Positions 1-9,359 are shown, counted from the first letter of the stretch. The stretch is 64,000 nucleotides of DNA from an uncultured Candidatus Saccharibacteria bacterium (GCA_964474995.1 CAYYUY010000005.1:7816-71815); one strand, 5' to 3'. Translations and numbers: made by a program. Notes: a model not told the origin generated them from the sequence alone.

Positions 1-364
1 TTTTTTTGGTTGGGGCGGTGGAGCTTGTATCAGGAACATAAACGTATGAGTGTTGCTGGGCCATTGCATTGTATTGGTCAGCTAGTGCTTTTTGTTCTTC
101 TGCTTGCTTTTTGAGTGCATCAACTTCTTGTGTCGAAGAAGTGTCTGAAGACGAACTAGCGGTTGCCATCTGAAGTCTCTCAAGGCTCGCATCTGATGTC
201 ACATCAATCAATTGCGGAGCAACGTGATTGCGTGACCTTGAAATAAGTGCTCTAGATCCAAAGCCTACGACAGAGAGTACTACTATCCCAATCGATAGAT
301 TGCGCAAAACAGCGTTTCTTCTATAGCCCTTATGTAGCCGTTCAAGATCAAGTAGTGGTTCCAT
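1..364 (-). CDS. hypothetical membrane-anchored protein, 5' part only (ORF runs off the window start)
   Basis: Manual minus-strand translation from ATG at 362-364 (MEPLLDLERLHKGYRRNAVLRNLSIGIVVLSVVGFGS...) is open with no stop down to position 1. One hydrophobic segment followed by a Ser/Thr-rich region. Absent from the ORF track because no stop codon falls in the window. Confidence 0.4.
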   Translation of the reverse strand, partial: MEPLLDLERLHKGYRRNAVLRNLSIGIVVLSVVGFGSRALISRSRNHVAPQLIDVTSDASLERLQMATASSSSDTSSTQEVDALKKQAEEQKALADQYNAMAQQHSYVYVPDTSSTAPTKK

Positions 365-528
365 ATTGTTACTAATATAACACTTCTTGGTGCATGAGAC
401 TCTGGCGGAGGTTCATGGATGAGGATAGAATTTTATACTCTGTTATTGAAAACGTTATTCCAGATTACGACGAAGATTACTTAAGGTGGCGTGATGACAA
501 ATAGCGAAATACACAGTATCTCAGTAGC

Positions 529-3519
529 TTGGACTATAATTTGAACAGAGATATATGGTTTATGACAGATAATGGTAAGAACGAAGAGAAGATACATATA
601 ATCCTACAGGAGTTTAGGGGTAATATCCGGCTGTACGAAGAACTTTGCACTCTTAATATCAAACCACTCTTAGAAAAACTTCTTGCCGATTCAGGTATTA
701 AGGCACAGGCAGTAACTGCACGAGCTAAAAGTTATAAATCGTATGAGCAAAAAATACGCACTAGATCCGAAGCTGGGCAAAAAACGAAAAAATACAATGA
801 AATAAGAGACCTGGCTGGTTGTAGGGTAATCTTCTACCAGGAAGATGATCTAGGGGCATTTATAAGCGTTGTTAGAGAGCAATTTGGAGTTGTACACGAG
901 AAGCAAGAAGTTAATGAAGATGGCTATAATGCTACTCACTTGACGGTTAAACTTAATGCCGAGCGTTCTAAACTACCCGAATATAAAAAGTTTGCCGATA
1001 TGCTTTGTGAGATACAGTTTACAACTGTATTAGCACACGCTTGGGCGGAACAAAATCACGATCTGATTTATAAAGACCAAGATCAGCTTAGAAAATTTGA
1101 TCCTCAAGGCTATGAAGCATTGGACACTGAACTTAAGGCAATTATGAAAGAACACTTAATACCGGCGACTAGACGCTTCGGTATCGTACAGAAAAAAGCG
1201 GAAAGGATTAGAGAAGGTCAGAAGATTTTTAACACAGATTATCTAAGCTCTATCCCTAGCATTGAGAATAACAATGAGATGTACGACCAGCTCAAGCTCT
1301 TGGAAAGTTACGTGAAAGAACTGAGCGAAGAGAAAACACCTGATGATGTTAATATCATTGATCTCCTAAAAAAAGCGATTGAGCAATCTAAGAAGAATAA
1401 AGTCAGACAAGATGTATCGATTTTTGGTAAAACTCCCGGGAAGAACCAACTAGACATTATTGATGTAGTCATAGACATACTTGATGTTCCATTATTAAAA
1501 TACAACCACTTTAGTGAGGTCTTTGCGATTTTCCAGGAGTTCAGCAAGCACAAAAACAAACACATCAAAGAAAAGGCCTTAAAGAGTATTGTTGACCTTG
1601 CTAAATACAACTACCACGTTATTAAGCAGGTTGATTACGCATTCCAACTTGAGCTAATAACTAAGCTTGAAAAACTACCTTTAACAATCTTGATGAACCC
1701 GGCGGAAGCAACAATAAAAATGCTTGAGGAGTTACTTGATACATCATTTGAAGGAACTAGCTTTGACCCAAAGACACAAGCTCTAACTTTGCACTCAGGA
1801 CCACTTATAGCGACTGATGATTTAAAAAATATTCGCAAAACTGCCTTAGGTATTCTCTTTAGAATGTACGAAAAAACTAAGAGCTTTGAGCTTAAAGAAC
1901 AAGTGATGAGCGCTATTCAGAATGCAACCAGATTGCCTCATACGGGCGATTGTAGTGATGAACTAGTTAAACTGCTCGAAGAAAGCGGCAGGCAGGTAAT
2001 TAATTTCTTCCACAAGAACGCTCCGGAAGCACCACTGGCTCTACTGCTTGATATGGAAGAAGAACTTATATGGTTGCGTAAAAGATTTAAGCGAGAGAAC
2101 CTTGGCAATCTTGAGCAAATGATTGATATTCTAAAAGCCAATGATGACTACCAAGTATACCGTGTTCTCGCCGGATATCCGGGAAGATTAACGATTGATC
2201 CTTCTGATCTTGAGATAGAAAAGGAGCTACGTGAAGAAAAAGCCGAAGAGTTCATTGATAGCTTTAGCCAAGACACAAAGGAATTGTGGCACAAACGTAT
2301 ACTGAACATTGCTAATAACTACGAACCGGGTGGAAGAAGACTTATTTACTTTGAAGAGTTTTTGGTCAAGCTGGGTACTAAAAAACCAGAGCTTGTTTTA
2401 GGTTTTATTAATGAGCACGAAGAAGAACTAGGTGACTATTTAAACTTCTTACTTAAAGGCGTGCTTACTACTGGGTTTAAAGACCAAGCAATAGAACTTA
2501 TTGACGGCTGGATTGAAGTGGGAAAGCATTTATCTCAAACCGTCTTTGCCGTTTGGGAATTAAGTCTTGACCAAAAAAGGCTTGAAAAAATTCTTGAAAA
2601 AGCTTTAGAAAAAAATGAAGGCTTCGCTTTAATTGCATTGCTTAGGCTGGTTTTTAAAAGTTATGCCGAACTTCCTGCTGATGTCGCAAGTAAAATCATC
2701 TTTAGCATTACTGGTTCACTTGACAGTAAAAGATACCGCCATTGGCTTGAGTTCGTCTGGTATAACAAAGAAACCCTCAATCAATTCGTTGATAGCTTAA
2801 GCGACAGTGATATAGACGTGCTACTTAGAAGCTTCATTAAAGCTGATCGGATTGATTATCACTTCAATGATGTGCTTGAAAGTATCGCAAGGAAGCACCC
2901 AAAGAAAGTAATGGAGTTCTTCAAAACCCGTGTTCTTTATAAAAAAAATAAGCGAGCTGCAAATAAAGATTACTTTAGGTACGACGCAATTCCTTACCAC
3001 TTAGATGATCTTGGTGTTGAACTCAGAAAACACCCCAAAGAAGTATTACCAGAGCTTGTCAGCTGGTTGAGTGATAAGGTTCCGCTATTGCGTTGGGAAA
3101 CTGCACACTTCTTCTCTAACCTATATCCTACATTTGAAGATCCGCTAAGTACTTATCTAGAAGAAGTTGTAGATACAAAAGATACCAAGAAGATTGAGAA
3201 TATTGTATTGCCCGTTTTGCGTGAATATAAGGGTCAAGGCTTTACCCACCCGGTATGCAAGAAGATCGTAAAGTATTACGCCGACAAATATGACAGCGAT
3301 TTATTTATTGCTCTTTCACAAACTGGCGTTGTAAGTGGCGAATACGGCTTCGTAGGGGCTTACCAAGCAAAACAAGCGGAAATAAAACCCTGGCTTGAAG
3401 ATGAAGACAGCAAGGTAAAAGCCTTTGCCGAACGATATACTGCTTGGCTTGAAAAACGTATACGTTGGGAAAAGAAACGAGCTGATGACGATAAGGCGTC
3501 ACGAGAGGCCGGACTGTAG
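529..3519 (+). CDS. large RelA/SpoT-domain (alarmone synthetase / toxSAS-type nucleotidyltransferase) protein with ~800-aa C-terminal alpha-helical repeat domain
   Basis: N-terminal ~200 aa carry the (p)ppGpp-synthetase fold motifs in order: RAKSYKSYEQKIRTR (RxKS), DLAGCRVIFY (DxxGxR), DGYNATHLTV (GYxxxH), EIQFTT (EIQxRT-like) and HAWAEQNHDLIYK (HxxYK). The remainder is helix-rich with HEAT-like repeats and no recognisable enzymatic motif. The whole ORF is visibly AT-rich relative to its neighbours. The start is uncertain: TTG at 529 or ATG at 562. Confidence 0.7.
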   Translation: MDYNLNRDIWFMTDNGKNEEKIHIILQEFRGNIRLYEELCTLNIKPLLEKLLADSGIKAQAVTARAKSYKSYEQKIRTRSEAGQKTKKYNEIRDLAGCRVIFYQEDDLGAFISVVREQFGVVHEKQEVNEDGYNATHLTVKLNAERSKLPEYKKFADMLCEIQFTTVLAHAWAEQNHDLIYKDQDQLRKFDPQGYEALDTELKAIMKEHLIPATRRFGIVQKKAERIREGQKIFNTDYLSSIPSIENNNEMYDQLKLLESYVKELSEEKTPDDVNIIDLLKKAIEQSKKNKVRQDVSIFGKTPGKNQLDIIDVVIDILDVPLLKYNHFSEVFAIFQEFSKHKNKHIKEKALKSIVDLAKYNYHVIKQVDYAFQLELITKLEKLPLTILMNPAEATIKMLEELLDTSFEGTSFDPKTQALTLHSGPLIATDDLKNIRKTALGILFRMYEKTKSFELKEQVMSAIQNATRLPHTGDCSDELVKLLEESGRQVINFFHKNAPEAPLALLLDMEEELIWLRKRFKRENLGNLEQMIDILKANDDYQVYRVLAGYPGRLTIDPSDLEIEKELREEKAEEFIDSFSQDTKELWHKRILNIANNYEPGGRRLIYFEEFLVKLGTKKPELVLGFINEHEEELGDYLNFLLKGVLTTGFKDQAIELIDGWIEVGKHLSQTVFAVWELSLDQKRLEKILEKALEKNEGFALIALLRLVFKSYAELPADVASKIIFSITGSLDSKRYRHWLEFVWYNKETLNQFVDSLSDSDIDVLLRSFIKADRIDYHFNDVLESIARKHPKKVMEFFKTRVLYKKNKRAANKDYFRYDAIPYHLDDLGVELRKHPKEVLPELVSWLSDKVPLLRWETAHFFSNLYPTFEDPLSTYLEEVVDTKDTKKIENIVLPVLREYKGQGFTHPVCKKIVKYYADKYDSDLFIALSQTGVVSGEYGFVGAYQAKQAEIKPWLEDEDSKVKAFAERYTAWLEKRIRWEKKRADDDKASREAGL

Positions 3520-3637
3520 TCGCAATGCAGGAGTGCTGGGATGATAGAACTTTTTAACAGAGGTGGTAAATAATAAAAAAGTTCCAAGCAAAAATACTTG
3601 AAACTTTAACAGATAGGAAAGTTCTATCATTTGGACT

Positions 3638-3713
3638 TGGCAGGGGTGGCCGGGTTCGAACCGACGACACCTGGTTTTGGAGACCAGTGCTCTACCAACT
3701 GAGCTACACCCCT
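3638..3713 (-). tRNA. trpT: tRNA-Trp (anticodon CCA), CCA 3' end encoded
   Basis: The reverse complement folds as a canonical 76-nt cloverleaf: AGGGGTG-TA-GCTC-AGTTGGTA-GAGC-A-CTGGT-CTCCAAA-ACCAG-GTGTC-GTCGG-TTCGAAC-CCGGC-CACCCCT-G-CCA. The anticodon loop CTCCAAA gives anticodon CCA. Confidence 0.85.
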
Positions 3714-3824
3714 TCGTCATCTACTCTCGAGAGTGGAGACTCAACAATATTACTGCAATCAGACGTTTTTGTCACCTCTGTAGACTCTTTAAAAATATCC
3801 TGCAATCTGTTATACAATGGTGTA

Positions 3825-4490
3825 ATGAGTTCTAAACTTCGGCTGACACGCCCAACACTATTTATGGTTTATGGTTACCCTGGTGCAGGCAAGACCTTTT
3901 TTGCGCGCCAATTCTGCGAGGATATCACCGCAGCACACCTGCAAGGTGAGCGGATTCGTTCAGAACTGTTTGAAGACCCCCGCTATGACAGTGAAGAAAA
4001 TGGGATCGTCACCCACCTCCTCGACTATATGACTGGCGAATTCCTGACCGCTGAAGTCAGCGTGGTGTACGATGTGAACGCCCTTCGCATGTCACAGCGC
4101 CGTGAACTGCGAGAAATGGCCCGCAAACACAAAGCAGAAGTTGTCATGTTATGGTTCCAGATTGACGCCGAAAGCGCCTTTGCACGTGCGCACAAGCGTG
4201 ATCGCCGCCGCGTTGATGACAAATACTCCGAGTCAATCGACCGCACAACTTTCCAAAGCATTGCTGGTGGCATGCAAAACCCGGGCCTCAAAGAAGAATA
4301 CGTGGTGATTAGCGGCAAACACACCTACCAGACGCAGCGTGCGTCGGTACTAAAGAAGTTGTATGATACAGGCCTCCTGGATACCAGCGCTGCCAAGGGC
4401 AACGTCGTGAAGCCTGGTCTAGTGAACTTGATCCCAAATCCTCTTGGTGGTCGCGTGGACGATACGCGTCGCAATATCTTTATTCGTTAG
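3825..4490 (+). CDS. P-loop kinase, zeta-toxin / polynucleotide-kinase-like (AAA_33-type) ATP-binding protein
   Basis: Walker A motif GYPGAGKTFFAR lies right after the proposed ATG (MSSKLRL...). An AAHLQGERIRSELF motif resembles the PNK/zeta kinase fold. The ORF-track start at 3687 overlaps the tRNA and is rejected; the first ATG after the tRNA is at 3825. Confidence 0.65.
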   Translation: MSSKLRLTRPTLFMVYGYPGAGKTFFARQFCEDITAAHLQGERIRSELFEDPRYDSEENGIVTHLLDYMTGEFLTAEVSVVYDVNALRMSQRRELREMARKHKAEVVMLWFQIDAESAFARAHKRDRRRVDDKYSESIDRTTFQSIAGGMQNPGLKEEYVVISGKHTYQTQRASVLKKLYDTGLLDTSAAKGNVVKPGLVNLIPNPLGGRVDDTRRNIFIR

Positions 4491-4510
4491 TTCCAAAAGG
4501 AAGGCTGATT

Positions 4511-5206
4511 ATGGCCATTAAGCGAGTCGAAATCGATGGTATTGGTACTGTGGCACTGATGAAGCGTCGCGGCGCTCGTAGTGTACGACTAAGCATTGCA
4601 CATAACGGTGAGGTACGAGTGAGCTTGCCAGCCTGGGCGCCGTACAAACTCGGTATTGATTTCATCAGCTCCAAACTTGAGTGGATCAAGGCACAGCAAC
4701 CGGCTGTCACTGATCTGCAGACCAAACAACGGGTGGGCAAGGCACATCACCTTGTATTTGTACGTGGCGAGGGCACCACCGTCAGTACACGCATCGTTGG
4801 CAATGAAATACGTATCCTTATGCCACCAGGTTCTGACCTGACTGACCAAGCAGTGCAAATAGCTGCCGAGAAGGCCGCTATACGTGCGCTGAAGAAAGAA
4901 GCCAAAGGTTTATTGCCCATTCGTCTGAAGCAACTGGCACAGCAGTATGGGTTTAGTTACAAATCAGTGGCTATCAAGCAACTCAAGGGCCGCTGGGGCA
5001 GTTGTACCGAGCAAAAGGACATTGTACTCAACTGTTTTCTGATGCAGCTTCCATGGCATCTGATTGACTACGTGCTCATTCACGAGCTGACACATACCGA
5101 GATCATGGCTCATGGCCCGCTGTTTTGGGAGGAAGTAGCTCGCTACACGCCAAATCTGAAAGCTGTTCGTCAAGAAATCAAAACCCACAAGCCAGTTCTG
5201 AGCTAG
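4511..5206 (+). CDS. DUF45 / YgjP-like (M48/SprT-like) zinc metallopeptidase-fold protein
   Basis: HExxH motif (IHELTHTEIMAHG) near the C-terminus. Size (~230 aa) and N-terminal beta-rich region are typical of the YgjP/DUF45 family. GGCTGA RBS-like sequence upstream. Confidence 0.7.
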   Translation: MAIKRVEIDGIGTVALMKRRGARSVRLSIAHNGEVRVSLPAWAPYKLGIDFISSKLEWIKAQQPAVTDLQTKQRVGKAHHLVFVRGEGTTVSTRIVGNEIRILMPPGSDLTDQAVQIAAEKAAIRALKKEAKGLLPIRLKQLAQQYGFSYKSVAIKQLKGRWGSCTEQKDIVLNCFLMQLPWHLIDYVLIHELTHTEIMAHGPLFWEEVARYTPNLKAVRQEIKTHKPVLS

Positions 5207-5235
5207 ATTTATCACGCTTATGGCATAATGTAGGC

Positions 5236-6348
5236 ATGTTACCGACCTCACTCAAACGTGGCGCACCCAAAAGCGCTGATATTGAGCGCGAACGCCTCAC
5301 TAGCCTTGTAAACAGCATGGCTGACGGTGTATTGGCTATCGACGAAAAGACCAAAGTAGTGCTGTCAAACGGTGCCGCCCTGAACATTCTTGATGTAAAT
5401 GGCTCGATTGTCGGCAAATCCGTTGGTCGGATCCTCAAACTTATCGACAAAAACAACCAGCCGATTGATATTCGTAGTGTCATCTTAGACACCAAAACGC
5501 AGACCACATCTCGTGACTGGCGACTGGAATACCCCGATGGTAGCACCATCAATCTGTATTCAAGTATCGCGCCTGTACGGCTTGGCTACGGCCATGAAGG
5601 TGCAGATTCACATGGATACGTGCTGTTACTCCGTGATATCACACACGAGAAGTCACTCGAGGAAGAACGTGACGAATTCATTAGTGTCGTCAGCCACGAA
5701 CTCCGTACTCCGATTGCCATTGCAGAAGGCAACATTGGCAATGCTGAATTTGTGCTCGAAAAAAATGGCAATACCGACCAGATCAAATCCGCACTCGAAC
5801 AAGCACATGCACAGGTAAACTTCCTGGCCGGACTCATAAACGACCTTTCTACATTGTCACGTGCAGAGCGCGGCAAGCTGGCACTCGAGATAGAAGACAT
5901 CAATGCACATGACTTTATGTTAGAACTTGCCAAAAACTACACGCCGGAAGCCGAAGAAAAGGGCCTTGAGCTCAAATCTGACATTGATCCACGGCTCGAA
6001 CTACTCAAATCTGGCCGCCTCTATGTCCGTGAAGTGTTACAGAACTTCATCACCAATGCTATTAAGTACACCCAGGAAGGTTCTATCACCATCGGTGCTA
6101 AGCCTCGCAAGGATGGCGTTGAATTCTTTGTCTCAGACACTGGTATCGGCATCAGCAAGGCCGACCAGGAGAAAGTATTTGATAAGTTCTTCCGCAGCGA
6201 AGATTATCGTACCCGTGAACGTAATGGTACTGGTCTTGGGCTCTACGTCACCATGAAGCTGGCACGCATGCTGCATGCAGAAATATCCGTCGAAAGTGAA
6301 CTCAACAAAGGTTCGACCTTTACGATTTTCATTCCGAATCTTGAATAG
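5236..6348 (+). CDS. soluble sensor histidine kinase (PAS - HisKA - HATPase_c)
   Basis: H-box SHELRTPIAIAEG; N/G boxes LQNFITNAIKYT, DTGIGI, GTGLGLYVTMKLARM. PAS-like region at the N-terminus. No transmembrane segment. ATG at 5236 chosen to avoid overlap with the upstream gene. Confidence 0.8.
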   Translation: MLPTSLKRGAPKSADIERERLTSLVNSMADGVLAIDEKTKVVLSNGAALNILDVNGSIVGKSVGRILKLIDKNNQPIDIRSVILDTKTQTTSRDWRLEYPDGSTINLYSSIAPVRLGYGHEGADSHGYVLLLRDITHEKSLEEERDEFISVVSHELRTPIAIAEGNIGNAEFVLEKNGNTDQIKSALEQAHAQVNFLAGLINDLSTLSRAERGKLALEIEDINAHDFMLELAKNYTPEAEEKGLELKSDIDPRLELLKSGRLYVREVLQNFITNAIKYTQEGSITIGAKPRKDGVEFFVSDTGIGISKADQEKVFDKFFRSEDYRTRERNGTGLGLYVTMKLARMLHAEISVESELNKGSTFTIFIPNLE

Positions 6349-7830
6349 TTATTTATTTGTTGGCTGGTGTGGGTAGGCATGCATGACAGGCAAGCTGATG
6401 TTGCGACCCTTCCACTGAACGGTGCCAAATTCATAGCCAAGCATTGAGGCGTTACCAGCGATAATCTCGACGATAACAGCAACAGGAAAGCTAAAGAGCG
6501 CTGTCCACGTACTACCGGGGTTTGTGGCCTGCAATATGAAGACATGCGTGATAGTCAAGCAAACGGTAGACAAAGCCGCCAGAACGGCTGCAAACACGGC
6601 ACCAGTTATAAGTCCCCAGATAACTACCGGTACCGCACCCAGTAAAATAACGACATCAAACACGGTCAGTAATAGTGCCATCTCTGGACGGCGATGAATT
6701 TGCGGATAGCAGATACGAAGTGCTGTTAACCACTGTTCAGCAGCAGACTTGGCGGTCTGAACATCAAGGTCATTGCTAGCACGCATGAAGCTATAACTAT
6801 CGTTGAGTTGGGTAAGCTCACGAGCAAAAAACGATTCTGGAATAATCTGCCTACTAACGGCGGCCATGCCACCGAGCTTTTTGAGTACCTTGCTATCAAT
6901 CAGCCAGGCCGTACTAAGTGCAGGTGGCCGGTTGAATGTCTTGCGTGGGATTGCTAACTCCCACCAATAGCGCATGGACTGCAGGAATGCACTCGCCATT
7001 GAAGCATCAAGCCGCCTGGGCAACACGCTGATCATACTTTTGTCGCGCAGTCGAAGACTCGTTACGAGTGCCCGAATAGCATTAGGGCCGAACCTGACAT
7101 CGACACCACAGAATAATATAAGTTCGCCACTAGCTTCGTCTGCAAGCCGTGCGTAGGCCTGGTTTTTGGCTAGCCAACGCTGATTTGGCTCTGTACCTTT
7201 GATATACCGCACACCGTCGTGTGCAAAGCCTTTGGTAACTTCGGATATATTGAGCTGCGAGTTATCATCGAGTACGATGACTTCAAGCTTGGGGTAATTG
7301 CTGGCAAGTACTGTTGTCAGGCAAGCCTGGAGGTCAATTGTCTCGTTGCGGGCTGGGATAGCCACGGTAACTGTTGGCAAATCTCGATCTGATAGGTATG
7401 ACGTGTCATGAACATAGCGTGATTTGCGTAAGTTCCGTACTGCCGAAAAAAGTACCACCAGCGCAGCAAGGAGTTGCAACAACCCTAATGTGAGGGGCTG
7501 AAATAAATCGCTAGCCCAGCTGATATACGTCAAACCAACAGCCAACAGCTGAACGACAGTTAGGATGAGGCCTGTTTGGCGGGTTGCTCGGAGTAGATAG
7601 GCTTCATTCATTCGGGCTTTTACAATACGTAGATAATTCACGATACGCGATATACCAATCAGAAGGATGAGTGCTGTTAGCCACGAAGGTTCAAATATAA
7701 AAGACAGTACTGATAGTCCGGGTACCAGCGAAGTCAGCAGAGAGACTACCGCTACTCGAAAACGCCACAATAGCTTGGTATAAAGCAGCCCTTCAATCAC
7801 AAATGTGACAAGCAGTAGAAACATGAGCAT
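6349..7830 (-). CDS. membrane-embedded family-2 glycosyltransferase (cellulose/hyaluronan-synthase-like topology)
   Basis: GT2 core VAIPARNETIDLQACLTTVLASNYPKLEVIVLDDNS with the DxD region, flanked by several predicted TM helices at both ends. The ORF is open to 7977, but the first ATG followed by a hydrophobic helix (MLMFLLL) is at 7830. Confidence 0.65.
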   Translation of the reverse strand: MLMFLLLVTFVIEGLLYTKLLWRFRVAVVSLLTSLVPGLSVLSFIFEPSWLTALILLIGISRIVNYLRIVKARMNEAYLLRATRQTGLILTVVQLLAVGLTYISWASDLFQPLTLGLLQLLAALVVLFSAVRNLRKSRYVHDTSYLSDRDLPTVTVAIPARNETIDLQACLTTVLASNYPKLEVIVLDDNSQLNISEVTKGFAHDGVRYIKGTEPNQRWLAKNQAYARLADEASGELILFCGVDVRFGPNAIRALVTSLRLRDKSMISVLPRRLDASMASAFLQSMRYWWELAIPRKTFNRPPALSTAWLIDSKVLKKLGGMAAVSRQIIPESFFARELTQLNDSYSFMRASNDLDVQTAKSAAEQWLTALRICYPQIHRRPEMALLLTVFDVVILLGAVPVVIWGLITGAVFAAVLAALSTVCLTITHVFILQATNPGSTWTALFSFPVAVIVEIIAGNASMLGYEFGTVQWKGRNISLPVMHAYPHQPTNK

Positions 7831-8129
7831 ATTGTCGTTAACTATACCGTATGCCTCGTCCAAATACGATCGGCTTGATGGTGCAGTCCCCGTGGCCACA
7901 TGTGCTGCACTTGAGACAGTTTGGTTTTGAGTCTGCGGAGCGCAAGGGAGTCGTACCCAAGTACGGCGACAGCGCACCGTAAGGATTCAAGGCCAAAATG
8001 GCCAAGAATCAAGCGGGTTGCGAACTCCGCTCGTAAGCAGGCTTGACGGTGCAGACACATGTGGAGTACTATTGACTTGTTCGGAACTACATATATGGTA
8101 GTTCTTTTTTAATGCCTAGGAGGCCGAAG

Positions 8130-8558
8130 GTGGCAGAGAGCAAGGATAAAAAGACAGTCCTGACTGTCAAAAAGAAGGAAACTATCCGCGAGCGCGCTGA
8201 CAAAGCGACAAACGCGGTACCAAAAAAGCGACGTCTTCGCACTGGCGCCAACGCTGCGGGTAAGCCAATTCGTAAGCTTGGTCGTATAATCGCCAAGATT
8301 TTTCGTCCACTTGGCTTTGTACTCAAGCCATTCAAGACTCGACCAGCCCGTTTCATCGGTCGCGTACTAGCATCTGTATTGCTGTTTCGCTTCTTCCGTG
8401 ACGCCTGGAAAGAGCTTCGCCAAGTTGTCTGGCCAGACCGCCGCACAACTGTTCGTCTGACATTCGCCGTCTTCATGTTCGCACTTATTTTCGGCATTAT
8501 TATTGCAATAGTAGACTTTGGTCTCGATAAAGTATTCAAAAAGGTCTTCCTGCAATAA
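8130..8558 (+). CDS. secE: preprotein translocase subunit SecE (with basic N-terminal extension)
   Basis: C-terminal SecE signature ELRQVVWPDRRTTVRLTFAVFMFALIFGIIIAIVDFGLDKV. Position immediately upstream of nusG-rplK-rplA. GTG at 8130 is preceded by AGGAGG at 8118-8123; the ORF track gives ATG 8112 in the same frame. Confidence 0.8.
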   Translation: MAESKDKKTVLTVKKKETIRERADKATNAVPKKRRLRTGANAAGKPIRKLGRIIAKIFRPLGFVLKPFKTRPARFIGRVLASVLLFRFFRDAWKELRQVVWPDRRTTVRLTFAVFMFALIFGIIIAIVDFGLDKVFKKVFLQ

Positions 8559-8607
8559 CAGGAGCCAATGATCACCCGATAATTACAATCTTTAAGGAGT
8601 TAGATAA

Positions 8608-9156
8608 ATGAGCACTAGTAAACGATATGATGCTAGCAAGCAGTGGTACGCAATCCACACCTACAGCGGCTATGAAGAAAAGGTTGCAGAATCTATCCGT
8701 CAGCGTGCAGATAGCCTCGATATGGCCGACAAGATCTTTCAGGTACTCGTACCAAAAGAAAAAATGATCGAAGTAAAGAATGGCAAGCGCAAAGTTGTCG
8801 AAAAGCGCATCTTCCAGGGCTACGTTATGGTTCAGATGAAAATGAGCGAAGATGCTTGGTACATCGTACGTAACACGCCTTCAGTTACCGGCTTTGTTGG
8901 TAGCGGTACTGATCCATCTCCAGTGGGCAACGACGAAATGGACAAGATCATGAAGCGCATGGGTCGTGAAGAACCAAAGCACAAGATCGACTTCAACATT
9001 GGCGACGTCGTCAACATTACTGATGGTCCATTCAAGGGCTTCGATGGTGCTATCAACGAAATTGACCCACAAAAGGGCAAACTCAAAGTCTTAGTCAACA
9101 TGTTCGGCCGTGAAACTCCTGTCGAGCTCGACAGCCTTCAGGTCAAACGAGTCTAG
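8608..9156 (+). CDS. nusG: transcription termination/antitermination factor NusG
   Basis: NGN domain WYAIHTYSGYEEKV and C-terminal KOW motif (GDVVNITDGPFKGFDGAINEID); conserved synteny with secE and rplK. Confidence 0.9.
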   Translation: MSTSKRYDASKQWYAIHTYSGYEEKVAESIRQRADSLDMADKIFQVLVPKEKMIEVKNGKRKVVEKRIFQGYVMVQMKMSEDAWYIVRNTPSVTGFVGSGTDPSPVGNDEMDKIMKRMGREEPKHKIDFNIGDVVNITDGPFKGFDGAINEIDPQKGKLKVLVNMFGRETPVELDSLQVKRV

Positions 9157-9178
9157 TACATACTATGAGTGCCGAATT

Positions 9179-9220
9179 CAGCTGCAATCCTGGTGAACAA
9201 CCGGAATTGCAGCTGTTTTT
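9179..9220 (+). terminator. rho-independent terminator after nusG
   Basis: Perfect 10-bp inverted repeat cagctgcaat ... attgcagctg followed by TTTTT. Confidence 0.6.
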
Positions 9221-9359
9221 GAATTGGGCAGATAATTTTGCAAAACGTGACCCTGCTCAGGCAAAAGGCTTTATCGATACAATGACTGAAATCCAAGAGC
9301 TTGATACTCTCGACATAACAGAGTAAATCTGCTATATTAGACCAGTTACGCACGACTTA

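Noticed and set aside
365-528. Searched for a direct repeat of the tRNA-Trp 3' end (att site) bounding the AT-rich gene
   Set aside because: The only resemblance (tggcggaggttc) is too short and gapped to call, and no integrase gene is present. The AT-rich gene is therefore reported as compositionally foreign without claiming a bounded integrative element.
3687-3824. ORF-track start of the kinase gene at 3687 (MLYQLSYTPSSS...)
   Set aside because: Its first 27 nt overlap the tRNA-Trp gene on the opposite strand, and the translated N-terminus is merely the antisense of the tRNA. The Walker-A motif follows the ATG at 3825, which is taken as the real start.
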